Shown here piece by piece: positions 41,640 to 55,232 of a DNA stretch of 64,000 nucleotides. The stretch comes from Octopus vulgaris. Taxonomy: Eukaryota. Made by a program: the position numbers and the translations under genes. The DNA lies in assembly GCA_951406725.2 (NCBI GenBank), contig OX597826.1, positions 15,252,001-15,316,000 of the forward strand, in the 5' to 3' direction. Within the stretch, counting starts at the first letter, position 1, and each line of letters begins with the position of its first letter. The notes under the pieces were generated by a model. It ran no database searches and was not told the origin of the DNA. It worked only from the letters and a program-made list of their open reading frames with translations.

Positions 41640-44348
41640 ATTTGGTCGGTATTAGTATTCACAGAGATACTATTGCTAATAGAAATAAATCTGATCCGTG
41701 TGAATTAACTTGCGACTGTAGAAGTAGTAACTGAAGCTGTATTTTTAAATACAATGTTATTGGTATTATCTTTTAGCCCATGGTCATGCAACATACAGCA
41801 GACGTTTCATCAAAGCCATGGCATAAGTAACTATCCCATGTGTGTTATCTTGTCCTATAGCATCAAGAAGTATATCATCCAATATGTTTCACTTCTTAAT
41901 ACGGTGGAGTGTGAAATGAGGGCAATTTGGTTGCTATTATTACGAAATCGACTGACAATGTCTGTCTTCATGGGTTAGATCGAATATTACAAAAACGTTG
42001 CAAGATACTTCGTGTAAAATGGGTCAGATTGGAATTGAACTCCTAATATGAAAGATATATCTGCGTGGAATAAACCACTATTCAAATGCATAAAAAGAAA
42101 GAAACGTACAAAAACAGACCAATGTAGGAAACTCTATTCGATTGACAGAGTTGTTAGAAATAGATGTTAATTTACCTCAAATTACTTTCTAAAGTCTTAA
42201 AACACAGTCTAGTCCTAAATATACACAAAAAGACGTGATGGTCAATGTTGGAACATCTTTAATCGGTTTAATACATTAGTGCAACACGCACGCAAACACA
42301 CAGACGCTCTCACGCACACATATCTGCATAAAATAGAGGTCAAATAGAAAATAAATAAATCAGACAGACAGGTAACTGGATGGATATGTATAATGATAAA
42401 GCTAGTTTTAAGTACTGTAGCATTTTTCTTTGAATCTAAAACCAGTATCGATGAAGGAAATTCTTGAAGAAATCCATGCAATGTAATTACTATTTCAAAT
42501 TGTGACTTCTGATCTGAAAGACGGCCTAAGTATATGTATACCATTGAAATAACATCTATTAGGTTAATTTACATCATTTGACTATTGTGAATATGGGAGA
42601 GGAGAAAAAATCACCAAACATAAAATTCTCCAAAATTAGTATTCATATGGCACGGCACGTTGTATATCGCTTAATTCATGCAAGCGTATCACATCATTCA
42701 TGATATTTCTCTTCCTGTAGTGAAGGCAGGAAAATAGAATGAATTGAAACTCTGCTACTACCTCTTACGTAAAGGTTGCTTTCAATGTAGTGCTATAGAA
42801 TTCGGAAATTAAGATGTGCAATCATGTTCGAATAATTATATGAGTAGATTCCGATTATTGAGGAAGTGAGTGTTCATTTTGCGTTGTAAATGATGATAAC
42901 GAATACGTTTTAAGAGATAAGGACGGATATATTGTTAGTTTGATGGTAGCCTGGGAAAGACTGCATGTAAATTTTGAAGACACGTGAACTGGGTAGGTGT
43001 GGGATGGATGTGGAAGGATGTAGTTATTTATGATTTTCGAAATTGAATTGTGTTGTGTCACAATGTGAAATAGTATTAATAATATAAAATGCACGTTATG
43101 CCAATTTGGTTATATGCTGACCTTATAATAATAATACTCATGCTATTTCTTTCCTGTCCTGAATTTTAAAATTTGGTTTGTGAGCAGGATTTTAACCTAA
43201 TGGTAAATTGTCTACTTAACGGGATATAGCAGCGAACTTTTCTTCATACTTTGGTTTAAGCGAAAGATATTTAGGATTGCTTATTCTTTCTTTTTCAGGG
43301 ACAGTGCAAATATTACTGAAATGCTATAAGTCAATGAAATTTTGTTCGTTAGCTGACACTTTTTGGATTTAACCAGCTGCGATTTTCCCATGGTAAGTAT
43401 TATTGGAAGTGAAAATCAATGGTACACATATGCATATTTTCGTCTTCATATATAGAATAGACTTCTTAGTGAGTGCTAATTAATTCTGATTTTTGTCTTC
43501 TGACGTCACTCAACATGCCATTATATAGCGGGAATTAAGCAAGATACGGGTTTGATAGTTACCGTAAAAAATTTTCAGAATATATTTTCTCTGATGTAAT
43601 TCAGGTTACAGAATATAAACAGCTGATGAATTAACGCAGTCGAAGAAATGTCTTCACAATTTTCCTTGCTGCACTCTACTCCACACTGACATCAAAGTTA
43701 TTCAAAACATGTTAGAATATTTTTTCTTTGACAAGATGTGAAAACATTTGAACTGGCATATTTCCATCGAAGGAAAAACTTGAGATCTCCATCAAGAACA
43801 CACATAATACTACCTTTGTATACTTCCATACATTATGATTGTAGATATATGTATAAAAAAAAAATTCATACAAAATGTTTGTTTGTGTACAAATGTGGAT
43901 GTATGTGTAATTCTCTTTTCTTCTTATTTTTATCTCTCTCTATACACACATACACATATGTATACGTAAGTACAAATTCACAAATACACACACACATTGA
44001 TTGAGAAAGAAAGAGAGAGAGTAGAATAAATGAAAATATGTACGAATATATCTTATTTTATTTTTATTATACCTTTCAAAGACAAGTTCAATTCACGTCA
44101 AGACGAATATCATTATGTCCATTATTTTTTTTACTGAGGGATGGTTAAATTGGTTGAATGAGTTTAGTATGAATACACTAAATTTCATTTTGGTATCACG
44201 TCAGTTCATATTTATTGGTTTTGACACTAATTTCTCTCTTCTCAGATCCACAATACTTAACCATCTTTTTTGTTTATCCAGAAGAAAGGTTAAATGAAGA
44301 TAAAAAGTCTAGGGTATGCATGTACACATGCATACTACATACACACAT

Positions 44349-44418
<70 letters not shown>

Positions 44419-44508
44419 ATCTATCTATATAAATATTTATATATATATATATACGTACAACACTCCCAATATGTGTATATGTATTATATATATATATACA
44501 TATATGGA

Positions 44509-44550
<42 letters not shown>

Positions 44551-46639
44551 ACGTATAAAATATATTATGTAAATATTAAATACCTCTAGGCATATAAACA
44601 TACATTGAGAGTGTAAAAAATAAACAGAAACATGATTTTTTTTTTATGTAAATGTCATAGAACACATCAAAAACTAAATGTAATACTTGCAGGGATGATC
44701 AATGAAAAAAAGAAAAAAACTTCTTCAACCAATAATTCAATGCAAATGTTTTTCAAAAATATTCTTGTTTTTATTTTGCAATATGATATAGAGATTCTTC
44801 TGCAACACTAAACATTGATGCATAATAACCTCAGCAGGACGACTTGCAACGATCCTATAAACTAAGCGATATCAGTTCGTATTCTCTAATTTTCTTAAAA
44901 ATAACTATTATATCTAAAGAATAACATAATTGTTATATCTAGCTGTTGTTGTTGTTGCTAATGCTACTATTGTTGTTGTTATTGCTGCTGCTAGACTAAT
45001 CTTGATAGAAAACCTTAGGAGTGATCAAATATATGCAGCCATGTCTATTCTATATTCTACTGGATAACGACATACTGTTACTTTTTTTAAAAATAAAACA
45101 TTGTCTATTTCAAGATTCGGTTCCTATTTTTATATTCTTGGTAGGTCAAGCGACTATGTAGGACGTTCCTTTATGCCACATTATTTCCGGTGATTTATGT
45201 AGCTTGTTTGCGGTCATTTTCCATCCATTCATCTTAGAAAATATAGTACAGAATAAATTGAATTAAAGGCATTTATTTATATTACTTTTCTTTGTCGTAA
45301 GTGCTTTTGTTTTCTATTTATTTCATCTTTTTAAGTTTGTGTTTATATTTCTGTTTAAATCCTTCCATCAGTATTCACTTACAGATCTATTTCAATTATT
45401 CTCACTTTCGTAGTTTTATTACAATCTGCGTTCAATTTGTCTTCATCTAGTTGGCTATTTTATTATTCTTTGTTTTTAGTTCTGTCTTCAGTTTTTCGTC
45501 TCAATGTATATTCAGCAACTGCAACCTCAAAAAGCACTTTAAACTCAATTCTATAATTAAATCTTGAACATATTAACGATTAACCTTACACATAAACTTG
45601 GAATAACTTTCTCTGATCGGAGTGTTCCATAGAAATCCATATATTTCTGTGAAGAAAGACTGTTTTCATAATTTATTGTCAGTTACATCTCCTATATACA
45701 TACATTATATTCTGTGAATACATAGGGAACAAGCATGATATTAATTCTCTTGATAAATCCATGGAAGTTACAATATTCTCTTCATTTCTTACAAAAACTT
45801 GGAGTGAAAGGTTTGTTTAATATATGCAGCGTATTAAAGGTTTGTTTGATATATGTAACATACTTAAAAACACCAAGTTTTCATGTTCTTAATAAAGGAT
45901 AATTTTGAGGGCTCTATTCATAACAGGAGTATAAGTTGTGAAGTTGTGGAACGTTTTAATGATGTCATTGATAACAATATTATATTCCCTTAATTTCTCA
46001 AGATGAAAATACACAACAACAGGATGTACGATTGCAAGTCTTTGGCAGATATGGTTCTGTGGGACCTGTTTTTGTCTTTTGATGTTTTCGTGAGAGAAGA
46101 ACAAACTAAAGAAAATGAAGTTATGATAGTTTTATGACTGTCTCAGTTATCTTTGATATGGTTGAAATTGAGAGTGATAGAGCAATAGTTGATTATAGAA
46201 GAAAGTATTTTTCATATTATAAGATAATCCAACAAAAGAAATATTGTTATAAAGATTTGTAAGGATATGCTTTGAGAGAGGAATGAGTTGTAGGGTAATA
46301 GCAGAGCCACTGTTAAGACGGTTTCTTCGTGCCACTTGAAGGATTGGAGAATGTCTTACGATTTCCAGTGGTGTAAACGCTGTTTTGAGAAATATTGAAG
46401 CGAGCGTTTAGGAGAAATCTTTGTCGTAGAAGAGCTTTTAGTGTTTTGTTGGAAACTGCTGTGTGGAAGTAGAACACCTCTGTTTGGTTGGCTCTTAATG
46501 GACTGTGCCGCAATATAAATTTACATGGGCAGAGAGTATGTGGAGAGAGTCGCCTCGCATTTTTGGGTGTTGGTGTTGATTTCTTTAAGACGTGAGTTAA
46601 ATTATTAGACATTATTATTATATATTGTTGTAGGTCTCC

Positions 46640-48310
46640 TCGCACGGGTGAACCAAGATTCGTTAAATTGTTAAAGTGTTAGATTGTTAAATTGTTGAAT
46701 TCTGTCACTGTTTTTGCCTATTTTTGGAGACTGTTTCTTCTCCACTCATGGGTGAAGTGGTGAAAGGAGGTGAAATGGAGCGTGTCGTAAGTTATGCATC
46801 CGCAACTACACAAGGTATTACGACCAACACCCTTGGAGTTCGCGAGATAAAAGTAGACACAAAGGAAACAAATTGTTACAAAAAGAAGGGACCAAGTTAA
46901 AGCTGACCCCACTAGAAGAAGTGGCGAGGAATGTAGCAAGGAAAACGGTTGTGTACAGGACGTTATCAATCGCTACCAAAAGGTACAGATTGCCCCAATA
47001 GAGGCAATTGAAGAATGTCTACGTGACGTGAAAGAATTAATCCCCTTCTATACTCGTGGAAGAAAATATAGCACAGTCGAGGTTAGGTTCTCCAACGAGG
47101 AGGACGCTATTAACCACTCTACTGAGCTGATAAGGACACAAGATAGGGTGCTGCTACCGACATACTGTGCCAAACGTGTTGCCAGAGTGAGAGTCGGCAG
47201 AGTGCCTCCCGAGATCGAAGAGTCATGGCTGGTGGCAGCAGTCATGCACGGAAGGGAGGAAGATGCAAGGATTTTGAAGATAACCAGAACTAAGGAAGTT
47301 AATTGATGGGGAAACGGCCTAGAGATGGTAATTCAAGTTGGGTTAAAAGAGCTACAAAGAATTGTAGAAGAGCTTCTTCAATCAGAAGACATTACGTTAA
47401 GAGTGGTGGTGGAGGGAAAACCTCCATGTTTTCTATGTAAAAAAGAGGGCACATGAAAGCAAGGTGCCCTCAGCAAGAAAGTAAAGTAGAGGAACAACAA
47501 CACGAAGGACAACCCGCCGAAGAGGAAGGGCTGGGAAAAAAGGAAAATAAAGAGGAACCATTTACTGTCGCAAATAGGCGAAAGAGAAAAGAGCCGGTGA
47601 GCTCTCCGCCAGAGAGCCAAAAAGTATGAAGGAAATAGAGGAGGTACCGAGGAACTGGTCGGATATACCAGGAAAGGTATCGTAACAAGGCGGAAGACAT
47701 AATAGTGAATGATTATTTTGATGTACAGACGGAGGAACGACTACCCAGGACGACAAGGGAGACGACTAGCCCGAACGGCCCAAGTCCGGAGCATAAACAT
47801 GTAAATGAGAATAAGAAAATGTGGCATGTAGTCACATATTTGAAAAGCACCGCCATAGATCGGAAAATAACGAAGTTTAAAGGTGCCATAAGGATTAAAC
47901 TGCCAACAAAAAGTTACCCGGAACACATCAAAGGTGTGGTAATTGACAAAGAAAGGTATAGAAGATTGAAAGAACTATTTGGCATTGAGATGAAACCTTT
48001 GGAGGAAGAGATTGAATTTGAGGAACTACCAAAAATTGTTTAAATATGAAGAATTAACACCCTTAATGAATGGAAATAGAGGAATCCTTTAAAAGGAAAA
48101 ATGGGGAAATAGACTGTTTAAAAAACGGAAAAAAAGATGCGAAAAAGAAAAAAAAAGAGCTTTCAAAATCAACAGTTAAATGGTGCTGCTTGAGAGTGGC
48201 GCTCAATGTAACCATTTCATCATCATCATCATCGATTTCATTATACATTTTTCATTTTTTCATTCGCTTTATGTTTTTGTCCCCATTGGCGTCCCATCTC
48301 TTTATGAAGG
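46640..48310 (+). mobile_element. ORF1/gag-only retroelement, most complete copy: decayed ORF 46748-48043 (~430 codons) plus 3' UTR
   Basis: RRM-like RGRKYSTVEVRF..., LRVVVEGKPPCFLC...GHMKARCP (CCHC knuckle, frameshifted), a charged linker, and a C-terminal block ending EELPKIV*. The 3' UTR ends ..ctctttatgaaggcc. No RT follows. Confidence 0.8.
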
Positions 48311-48600
48311 CCATCGCGGTTTCGATTCCCAGACCGGGAGTTGTGTGTGTTTATTGAGCGAAAACATCTAAAGCTCCACGAGGCTCCGGCAGGAGGTGGT
48401 GGCGACCCATGTTGTACTCTTTCGCTACAACTTTCTCTCACTCTTTCTTCCTGTTTCTTGTCCCCGACTTCCTACGCAACCTCTGAGGCTTGATGCGCAT
48501 TCATCCATCCGTCGATGCTCTCGGTGTCGGGGATTGACCTGCTTTCTCTTCTGCGGGTCTTACGAATTGCAAAGGACCACGTTTCGGACTTCTCCCACTG
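48311..48600 (+). mobile_element. SINE family C, 5'-truncated
   Basis: B-box gtttcgattcc, then aagctccacgaggctccggcagga and ttcgctacaactttctctcac, matching the reverse complement of 41485-41600. Confidence 0.75.
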
Positions 48601-48618
48601 GACGAAGACCGCTACGCC

Positions 48619-49290
48619 CAACAGCAACAGCAACAGCAGCAGCAGCAGCATCAGCAGCAGCAGCAGCAGCAGCAACTACAGAAGTTAACAGAGTTGTTAC
48701 TGCAGTCGAGAAATACGACAGAATCATTTTCAGAGGACGGTGTTGCAAACTCCATCGAAGAATTTCAGTACAAACCGGATGGAGGAACTACCTTTACCTT
48801 GTATTACAGACGATATGAGAACATATTCAGAGAGGAATGCAAGGGATGGTGTAGTGAAAGGAAGGTAAGGCTCCTTTTGCAAAAACTTTCCCCTCCGGAA
48901 CACGAAAGCTTTTATAACTATATTTTGCAGAGAAAGCCCACGGGATTGTGTTTTGATGAAACAATAAATATTTTGACTAATATTTTTAGTGAAAAAGTTC
49001 GCAGTTTAAAATTCGATGGGAATGTTTAAATTTAAAGAAGAATGAGTCCGACAACATAGTAACATATGCTGGTATTGTTAATAAGGCTTGTGAAAGCTTT
49101 TAAGCTTGGAGAATTAACACCTGATATGTTCAAGTGCCTAATATTCGTTAAAGGGCTGGTGGCAACGGAAGGCGCGAAAATTAGAAAAAGAATATTATCA
49201 AAGTTGAATCAAGATTTTGGACTAACCCTGCAAAAGGGGTTGAGGAATGCTAACAAAAAATAAACCTTCGAGAAGATACAGGAAAAATAA
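48619..49290 (+). pseudogene. Ty3/Gypsy (K02A2.6-like) gag fragment preceded by poly-Gln (CAG/CAA)n
   Basis: SIEEFQYKPDGGTTFTLYYRRYENIF...KVRLLLQKL...YNYILQRKP...FDETI.IL..IF, then YAGIVNKACE.FKL..LTPDMFKCLIFVKGL...IRKRILSKL. Confidence 0.85.
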
Positions 49291-49293
49291 AAG

Positions 49294-49335
<42 letters not shown>

Positions 49336-49349
49336 ATCTATCATACAGA

Positions 49350-50358
49350 GGAAGATGCAGAAGTTTTTAAAATGTCAAAGACTACGGGGATATGGGCTAA
49401 AAGTACTAGGCCATACAAGCCTGCCAGACCTCTATAAGATTGTGGACGAGCTGGTGTTGCCAGACGAGACCAGCTTAAGGATTGTTGTGGAGGGTAGACC
49501 TCCAATATATTTTGCGTGTGGAGTAAGGGGACACATGAAGTCCAAGTGTCCCTAGAAACACGAGGAGGAAATCAAAGAAACAGAAATTCAAGAAGAGAGT
49601 ACAGCTGTAACAGAGGAAAAAATGGACGAGCAATTTACGGCGGTGAAAAGAAAAATTTATTTAGAATCACCACCTAAAAGCCCCAAGGAGAGAAAAAGAA
49701 AAACCATCGAGGAAGAGAACAAGAAAGAAAAGAAGAAAATGGAAAATCAAATGAAATGCGAACTCAGGAACCGCTGCCTTTAACCAGTAAAGAAGAAGGA
49801 GCATGACAGAAGAATGCAAACGAGAGAGACAGCGAATTTAAGACAGAGAAAATTGTGTCGGACGAAGAGACTGATACCTACAGGAGAAATTTACGAAACC
49901 TCGTAGAATACGAAAAAGTTTTGATGTCGAAAAGAGATTAACAAAGATGAAAAATGTTATCAGAGTGAAATTGACAAACTCAGAAGGTAAGAAGGGCGTG
50001 CTATTGGAGAGAGAAAGAGGGGAGAGATTAGTAGAACTGTTTTGGAAAAAAAAAAGAGTTGAACTATCACCACTTCAGTTTAGATATCAATGAGTTGCCG
50101 ACTGTTGTAATTTTCGACGATCTTATGCAATATTTGTTGTAATTGTGTGTTTATAAAAAAGATACATGACTGTAAAGTGAACTGTGAATTAAAAGAACAG
50201 TAAACTGAAACTGCTTGCTTTGGGGGGGAGTAAGCCATTTCATCCTCATTTTTTATGAGCCCATTCGATGTGTTTTATATGTTCCCCAATGTCTTATTTT
50301 GTCTGTCGTTGTCGCGTCCCCTCTTTATAAAGGCCATGTGCCTAAATAAAAGAAATCG
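49350..50358 (+). mobile_element. ORF1/gag-only retroelement, 5'-truncated copy with 3' UTR
   Basis: GYGLKV...IVDELVLPDETSLRIVVEGRPPIYFACGVRGHMKSKCP, a C-terminal ..ELF..ELPTVV block, and tail cgtcccctctttataaaggcc...ctaaataaaagaaatc. Confidence 0.75.
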
Positions 50359-50359
50359 A

Positions 50360-51760
50360 GCTGTATAAAGCCAAGAGTTGCGCGTTGTAGAGTGTAATTA
50401 AACGCTTTTTTGTGTCTTGTTGAAGGTTCTCCCTTGGGGGTGTGCCTATGATTTAAATTATTGAATGCTGTTGCCGTTTTGCCTGCGGGCCTGTGTTTTT
50501 TTTTGAGTTTGTTTTCTTTCACCCATTTTGTGGCGAAGAGACTTGAAGAAAGAAATGAATTACGAACCGGTTCAATCTCATGCCGGGAGCTATGCTTCGG
50601 CGGCTGGAAAACGTAACACCGCGACAGATTCGCTGGAGGTGCAGGAAGTCAGAATTGAACCTGAGAAGTTCGAAGAGTACAACGAGTTGATCCAGAAGGA
50701 GGGGTCAAGTTTAAGGTTGACTCCTCCAGAAGAAGTGGCCAACAAAACAAAAAAGATAGTGGTTTACAGAACACTGTTCACAACCAGTAAAAAATTGAGA
50801 TAGCTACAGAAGAATCTATAGAAAAATGCCTGGAAGAAGTAAAGAGTGTAGCAACATTCTACAGTAGAGGTAGAAAATACGGCACAGTGGAGGTGAGGTT
50901 TGCCACCGAACAAGAGGCAATAAATCACTCCACTGTGACGCTGATGTCACAAGAATGGGTACTCCTGCCGACCTACTGCAGCAAAAGAGTTGCAAGAATA
51001 AGGATAGGCAGGGTACCACCGGCAATTGAAGAAGCGTGGATGGTAGCAGCCGTGATGCACGGAACCCACGAAGGTGCAAAGATATTAAAAGTGGCAAGAA
51101 CAAAGAAAATGAATTGAGGGGTTACGGCCTGGAAATGGTTATCCAAGGTCATCCAGCTAGACCTGAACGAAATAGCGGAGGAGGTGTTGCTGCCTGACGA
51201 TGTAAAGCTGAGAGTAGTAGTAGAGAGACCTCAAACATGCTATCACTGCGAAGAAAAGGGGCACATCAAAATAAAGTGGCCCCAGAGAAACAATGAAAAC
51301 GGAAAAAACCAGCATGAACAAAGTCGGAGTACCGAAATGACAAGCTCAGCACAGGAGAAGCATATGGAAGACACATGATTTGAGAGGGATTTGCAGAAGT
51401 ACTCAAAAGAAAGAAAAGGAAATAGTAAACGCATCCACTGAAATTTCCAAAAAAGAAAAGGAAGAATGGTAAAGCAGAAAACATTGTACAGCAAACACAT
51501 AATACGCATGAACATTCACACAGCATATATCAACATCAGAAACACCAACAAAAGGAAAAAAGGAAACCGCCCCAGATAGTTTGACCTCACCTTGTAAACA
51601 AACAGACACAGACAGGCATAACACACAGTCCCTCAAAAGGCCCCGTAAAAACAAAGCGCACATGGTAACGTACACAAAAGTACGGCAACTGAACGAAAAT
51701 TCATCAAGTTCGAATCGGTAATTAGAGTGAATTTGCCGGCTGAAAGGATTGTACCTTAGT
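50360..51760 (+). mobile_element. ORF1/gag-only retroelement, copy starting immediately after the previous one, 3'-truncated
   Basis: SYASAAG...TPPEE...RGRKYGTVEVRFATEQEAINHST...LLPTYCSKRVARIRIGRVPP...LRVVVE.PQTCYHCEEKGHIK...HMVTY..KF..VIRVNLP. Confidence 0.8.
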
Positions 51761-52494
51761 TGTATACAAGAACTAAATAAATTTATAGCTTCATCTTGTT
51801 TTGTTTTATCCAAATGATTTGTTAGAACATAATGTATGAATTTTTCCCTACCTTCCATAGGAAGTTTAAGGACAAGTTAAGGTACTTTTATTTCATTAGT
51901 TCAACTAATGCATGCATAAAAATGATATCATGAGCTGTATATTTTCATTGTAATTAAAAATAAGAAAAAGAGATTTCGAAGGTAAAGTTACAAAATATGA
52001 AAGGAGAACTATATTACTGGTCTTGCAGATAAAGTTGGATCTGATTACCCAATTATTTTCGTATTGATCATCCTATTATTATCGTGAGGATTATTTAAAT
52101 CCTTTGGTATTGTTTATTATTATATGTGGAACGGAAATGTTATATTTGACGAAGGATGTTTGAGTAAACGATAGCATAAATGCATTTCATACGTTAGTTC
52201 TATAGCGCGTCAATCACGCTTTAATATATGGCCGTCACGTACTTTTTCAAATCTGCAAGGATTTTAATTTAGAACGCAGAGATGTTGCAAACTGCTGAAA
52301 GGTGTTCTACTGTTTCCAAAAGACTATCAATCAATCCATTTACTCTCTCTCTCTGCCCACTGCCCCTGGGTGGGTCGCGGAGTTAGAGTCCTCAGGCACC
52401 TCCTCTCCTGACCTCTGTCAAAAGCAATTATCATTACACTTTCTTTTGAAACACCACAATCCTGAAATAATTCTTTTTACTATATATACACGAT

Positions 52495-52690
52495 GGGATT
52501 TTTTTGGGGAAGGGCTAGTCGGTTATATCGATTATGTGAACCTCAGTGCTCAAATCAAATTCATATTATCGATCTGGAAAGGCTGAAAGGTAAAGTCGAC
52601 CTCAACGGAATTTGAACCCAGAACATAAAGACGGATGAAATGCCGTTAAGCATTTTGTCCGGCATGCTAACGATTCTCCCAGCTTATCGA
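52495..52690 (-). mobile_element. SINE family A
   Basis: aaggtaaagtcgacctcaacggaatttgaacccagaac...gtccggcatgctaacgattctcccagct. Confidence 0.85.
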
Positions 52691-54349
52691 CCAACCAGAA
52701 ATAATGCTTGAATATTATTCATATTCATTCAATAATTCTAAAGCCCAAAATATCCAGCCATCATCATATAGGAGGACCTGCCTGCTCATTAATCAAAGTA
52801 ACACACCACATGGCCCCTTAGCTCATACCAGTCGGCATGAACCATCAGGTACTTCAATCCATACAACTAGTCAGAGAGAGCCAGTTTTATGCCAATTATC
52901 AACTAGCAGAAAAGGCACATTACACAACCTGTCCTTCGTACTCACGTCTTTTATCCCTAATGCATCTAAGCCATTCACCGGCGAAGAGCATTACTACCGA
53001 TACCGTACGGATATTATCATCTCTACTGGCTGCCACACATTCAACTTACTGTACAATCCATACAAAACAATATTCGAAACGTAATAACATGTCTTATTAC
53101 ATTACACAACCTGCAAACTATCCTACAGCTTCAATTAAAGCTAGTCAGTTTCCTTCCGTTAATAATAGGGTCGTTCAATACACTACTCTTCAACTAATTG
53201 CCAAACGTTGATGAAATATTGTTTACATAGCATGATTGAATGACTTACTAAGCATAGTAGTGAAATCTCTCTCAAATTCCATCCTGGTGCCTTTAAAAAT
53301 AAATGGTAGAACTTGTAACTTAGGGCTACCTGCTTTACACAATAATAATCATTATATACACTATGTACGTAAAATAAATATGGACTAGACATGTCTGGAA
53401 TACGCTTGGTCATAGATTTGTACTATTATATTTCGCTAGAAAAAACAATAAAAAACATTACTAAACAGTAGCTGAAAAATCTATGCAATCAATACGGCTC
53501 CACACGTTATGCCCTTAATGAAAGACCGCTACAAAATATTCCTCACGCCAGTTGTCTTATCACAACGTATACACTACCCAAAAACATGTCGTCCTAACAT
53601 GTCAAAGGAATTAAACAAGGGAAATATTTCTTCCCATATTCTTAAATATTGCGGTTTACCGTAGCAATTATCACTATATACGCTTCAACCTTATACTTTC
53701 TGTCACGATTTAAACCCATCTTATGATGATATGCTACGTGTTCTATCCTGAAGAAAACTTCTTGTAATTTTACCAAATGCTTACAGAATTTCAGTTTCAA
53801 AGATTATTTAAACAATTCCGCTCAAATACCGACGCCGTTATACTCGGCCTCTCCTAATACTCACGGATTTCATTAACTACAACGTCTATCGAACCAGATT
53901 TACTGAAGTTGTATTCTCCTTTGTCATTCGCTAATGGTGTCTCGTCCTTCGCCGACAACAATACAGGTAAAAATACCGTGATTTAATCAGTCTCAGCGTT
54001 ATTGCAGTCAACGACCAACTATATTTAAATGAATTATTTCACAGACCACAGGCATTTAAAGATTTTTATTCTAAATTTTAAATGATAACAAATTGGTTAT
54101 CTCAGGTTCATCTTTGATTTGTAAGACACATGTAACTGAATATGTAACTCTGTAAATAGAAATATTAACCAAAAGCATTTATCTTGTTTTTAAGATAGTT
54201 GATGACACTGTGTTGATATTTAGTTAACCAAGGAGAACCCTTAGAGAGATAAATGTTTTGCTTATGGAACTAGAAAGTGTTAGTAGTTGTTGCTAAAATT
54301 TTCATCCCGTTTATAGTATCCTTGTGTCTATTCTCTCTCTTTGTTTTCC

Positions 54350-54665
54350 CTGTATGTATGAGATTGTACCTAGAAAGCTTTCACCCTGGTGTTGAGAGAA
54401 GAGACTGGTATGCATGGGCGATTAATGGTATTCTACAAACAACCTTGCCCAGACTGGTGCCACCGATATTGTCCAAGGGAAAGGCAAAGGGCAATACAAC
54501 TTGGCACCAGTGACGTCGCAAGACATTTCTACAGCTGAGTCAACTGGAATTACATGAATGAAAATGTTTTGCTCAAGAACACAACACACAGCCCGGTCTG
54601 GCAATCGAACACATAACCTCACGATAGTAGACCCGAGGCTCTAACCAGTGAGCCATGCGCCTTCA
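54350..54665 (-). mobile_element. tRNA/CORE SINE (family C-like head)
   Basis: Head (reverse complement) GAAGGCGCATGGCTCACTGGTTAGAGC...GTTCGATTGCC and CORE-like ttcttgagcaaaaca. Confidence 0.8.
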
Positions 54666-55182
54666 CACCCACAAACACACATACGTACACACACATACAA
54701 GCGTACACATATATGTACATACACATGTGTGTGGTGGGCAATGTCTGTGCTAGTGTTTGTAAAGTTAAAATATTCTTATTTCTTTGACATTTCTTCTCTT
54801 AACAGAACTCATAATCTTTCCTGTTTTGTTTACTCCAGCTGAAATTTTCCCCCGTATAAAATCGTATCCCAGTCATACATTATACACACAACTCTAACTC
54901 CCACCATCGTCTTCCCTTCCCGTTGCCCGGCCTGCCCTTTTGACTTCATACTCACGTCGGTTTCACCTCTCACCCACGATTTCTTGCAACAAATGTCAGA
55001 ATTATGCACACACATATATTCTACATATATACTTCTATACAAATGCACATACACACACACACTTCATTTCACCTTATTCCCATATCCATAACAGATTTAT
55101 TTTCATACTAACAGAAACATGACCCTTTCCTTTACGTCACCGAATAAAACAGTATAAAACCCGGGTTTCTAACTGTTCGTCC

Positions 55183-55232
<50 letters not shown>

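Noticed and set aside
48619-48676. Poly-Gln exon of a host transcription factor
   Set aside because: It reads in frame into a frameshifted Gypsy gag fragment, and there is no splice-supported host gene context.
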